From: Balanoglossus misakiensis
Lineage: Eukaryota > Animalia > Hemichordata
Reading direction: 5' to 3'
DNA length: 64,000 nt
Assembly: GCA_040954595.2 (NCBI GenBank)
Contig: CM082577.2
Location: forward strand, 12,123,654 to 12,187,653
Under the pieces are notes generated by a model that saw nothing but the letters and a program-made list of their open reading frames with translations, searched no databases and was not told the origin of the DNA. How positions within the stretch are numbered: the stretch's first letter is position 1; each line of letters starts with the position of its first letter. Below, one piece after another: positions 62,685 through 64,000 of the stretch. The position numbers were made by a program, and so were the translations under genes.

Positions 62685-64000
62685 TATTTTCATGAACGTC
62701 ATAGTATTTAAATTGAAACCTACATTTTTGTACATAGTTTGAATTAATTACCATGTTATGACATACTAAGTAGTAGTTTTACTTTCATTACCACCAAAAT
62801 ATAGAAGGGGGCCACTTACTGTAATTTCTAGTTTTTTTGCAGTATTCAGTGTTGTTTTTGTCCCTCAGACCCTGTATCCCAAAGTGCCAAGTTTTAATAA
62901 ACTTGTCAACACATTATGTATACAATGCATATGTACAAACCACTGTTATTGTTGACAAATGCATTTATAATTTTTAATACTACAATGTCGATTATGCACA
63001 TTTGGGTGACGTTGACAAGATAAATACTAGGCATTTAAATATTGATCGAATTACCTTAGCAGAGAACTGAAACCATAGCATGGTTTATATACATTTACTG
63101 ATCAATGTATACAACAAAAAGCATTTCAGAAATAGCTACAATTTACAGTTAATGGAACTTTAACCAACAGTACAGTAGATATGTGCACGAAATTCCCAGG
63201 AATAATGAGCATGAGGTCACAAACTTATAATTATATTTAGGCCAGACTGATTTGCTTCCACGCCACCATATGGAGATCTCTACAAGGTTATCTGAGGACA
63301 CGTACATGTCAATGCTGTGATAGTCCATTTATGTACATTTCATGTTGTATAAAGGTACGTTTCACGTGAAGAGATTCGCCTATCACATTTACACTGGGCA
63401 ATCCTGTTCTTGTAAGTTGTAAACGTAAACGTGTGCCCGACCGGCGACCGGCGCCGGTCCAGGGTTGCACGTGTAACCCGTTTTACAGTACACATGCCTC
63501 CATAAGTGATGACCTTGGCTGCAGGTCAACCGATGGATTAGCCTTGTCCACAGTCACTCCATTGTATTTATAAAGCACATACTATTTCGTTTACGGCACA
63601 GAGTGCCACTGAAGTGAATAGCAACATATTTAATTTTATAAATGAAACGAGATTGCATTCGTTTTCCGTGTGGAGTCTAAACGGCAAACTGCAGTGTTTA
63701 GGTACAAATCAGCATGCTCAGACTTACGAGATGGTGACCTTCGCATGCCTCACGGGCGATCGTCCGTTGTTTCACTGTTCAAAACCGCAGCACTTGATCT
63801 CTTAGGTTTTGAGTCATGTCGTGATCCTACGTGCACAAATTACATCCATCAGGACTAAACTTTGTATTCTGTTCTAGAATGTCATTCATAAGTGTGTCTA
63901 AGGTCACACTGAACCGGTTCACTTTCCCGGTTCCGATCCCATGGTGCATTGCGCCATGCAATCAATATGATCTACTTATTAATCTATGGATCTTGGTTTA

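Overview
Eukaryotic, AT-rich, intron-containing animal DNA; gene style and repeat content suggest a marine invertebrate deuterostome such as a hemichordate or echinoderm (inference only). Six protein-coding genes were reconstructed by hand from splice sites and reading frames: the 3' end of TMEM184B (+), an intronless TTC22-like TPR protein fused to a C-terminal TIR domain (-), an 11-exon p40phox/NCF4 (PX-SH3-PB1) (-), TMEM220 (+), a divergent SLC16/MCT transporter (+) and SLC25A19 (-). Introns and intergenic DNA hold many non-autonomous DNA transposons (Kolobok-, piggyBac-, Harbinger-, Tc1/pogo- and Crypton-like) and decayed LINE fragments. Three things stand out. (i) A ~3.4 kb tandem array (36.7-40.1 kb) in which each of 16 units is a purine-rich exon plus a short intron (79 nt where measured) with canonical donor, branch point and acceptor, but with no continuous reading frame; it looks like a spliced repetitive non-coding transcript. 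(ii) The TTC22-TIR fusion has a TLR3-type Ala BB-loop and lacks the catalytic Glu. (iii) A TG...CA TIR element inserted ~135 bp upstream of the NCF4 ATG was then locally re-duplicated together with the NCF4 start codon. All family calls come from remembered motifs; no database search was run.
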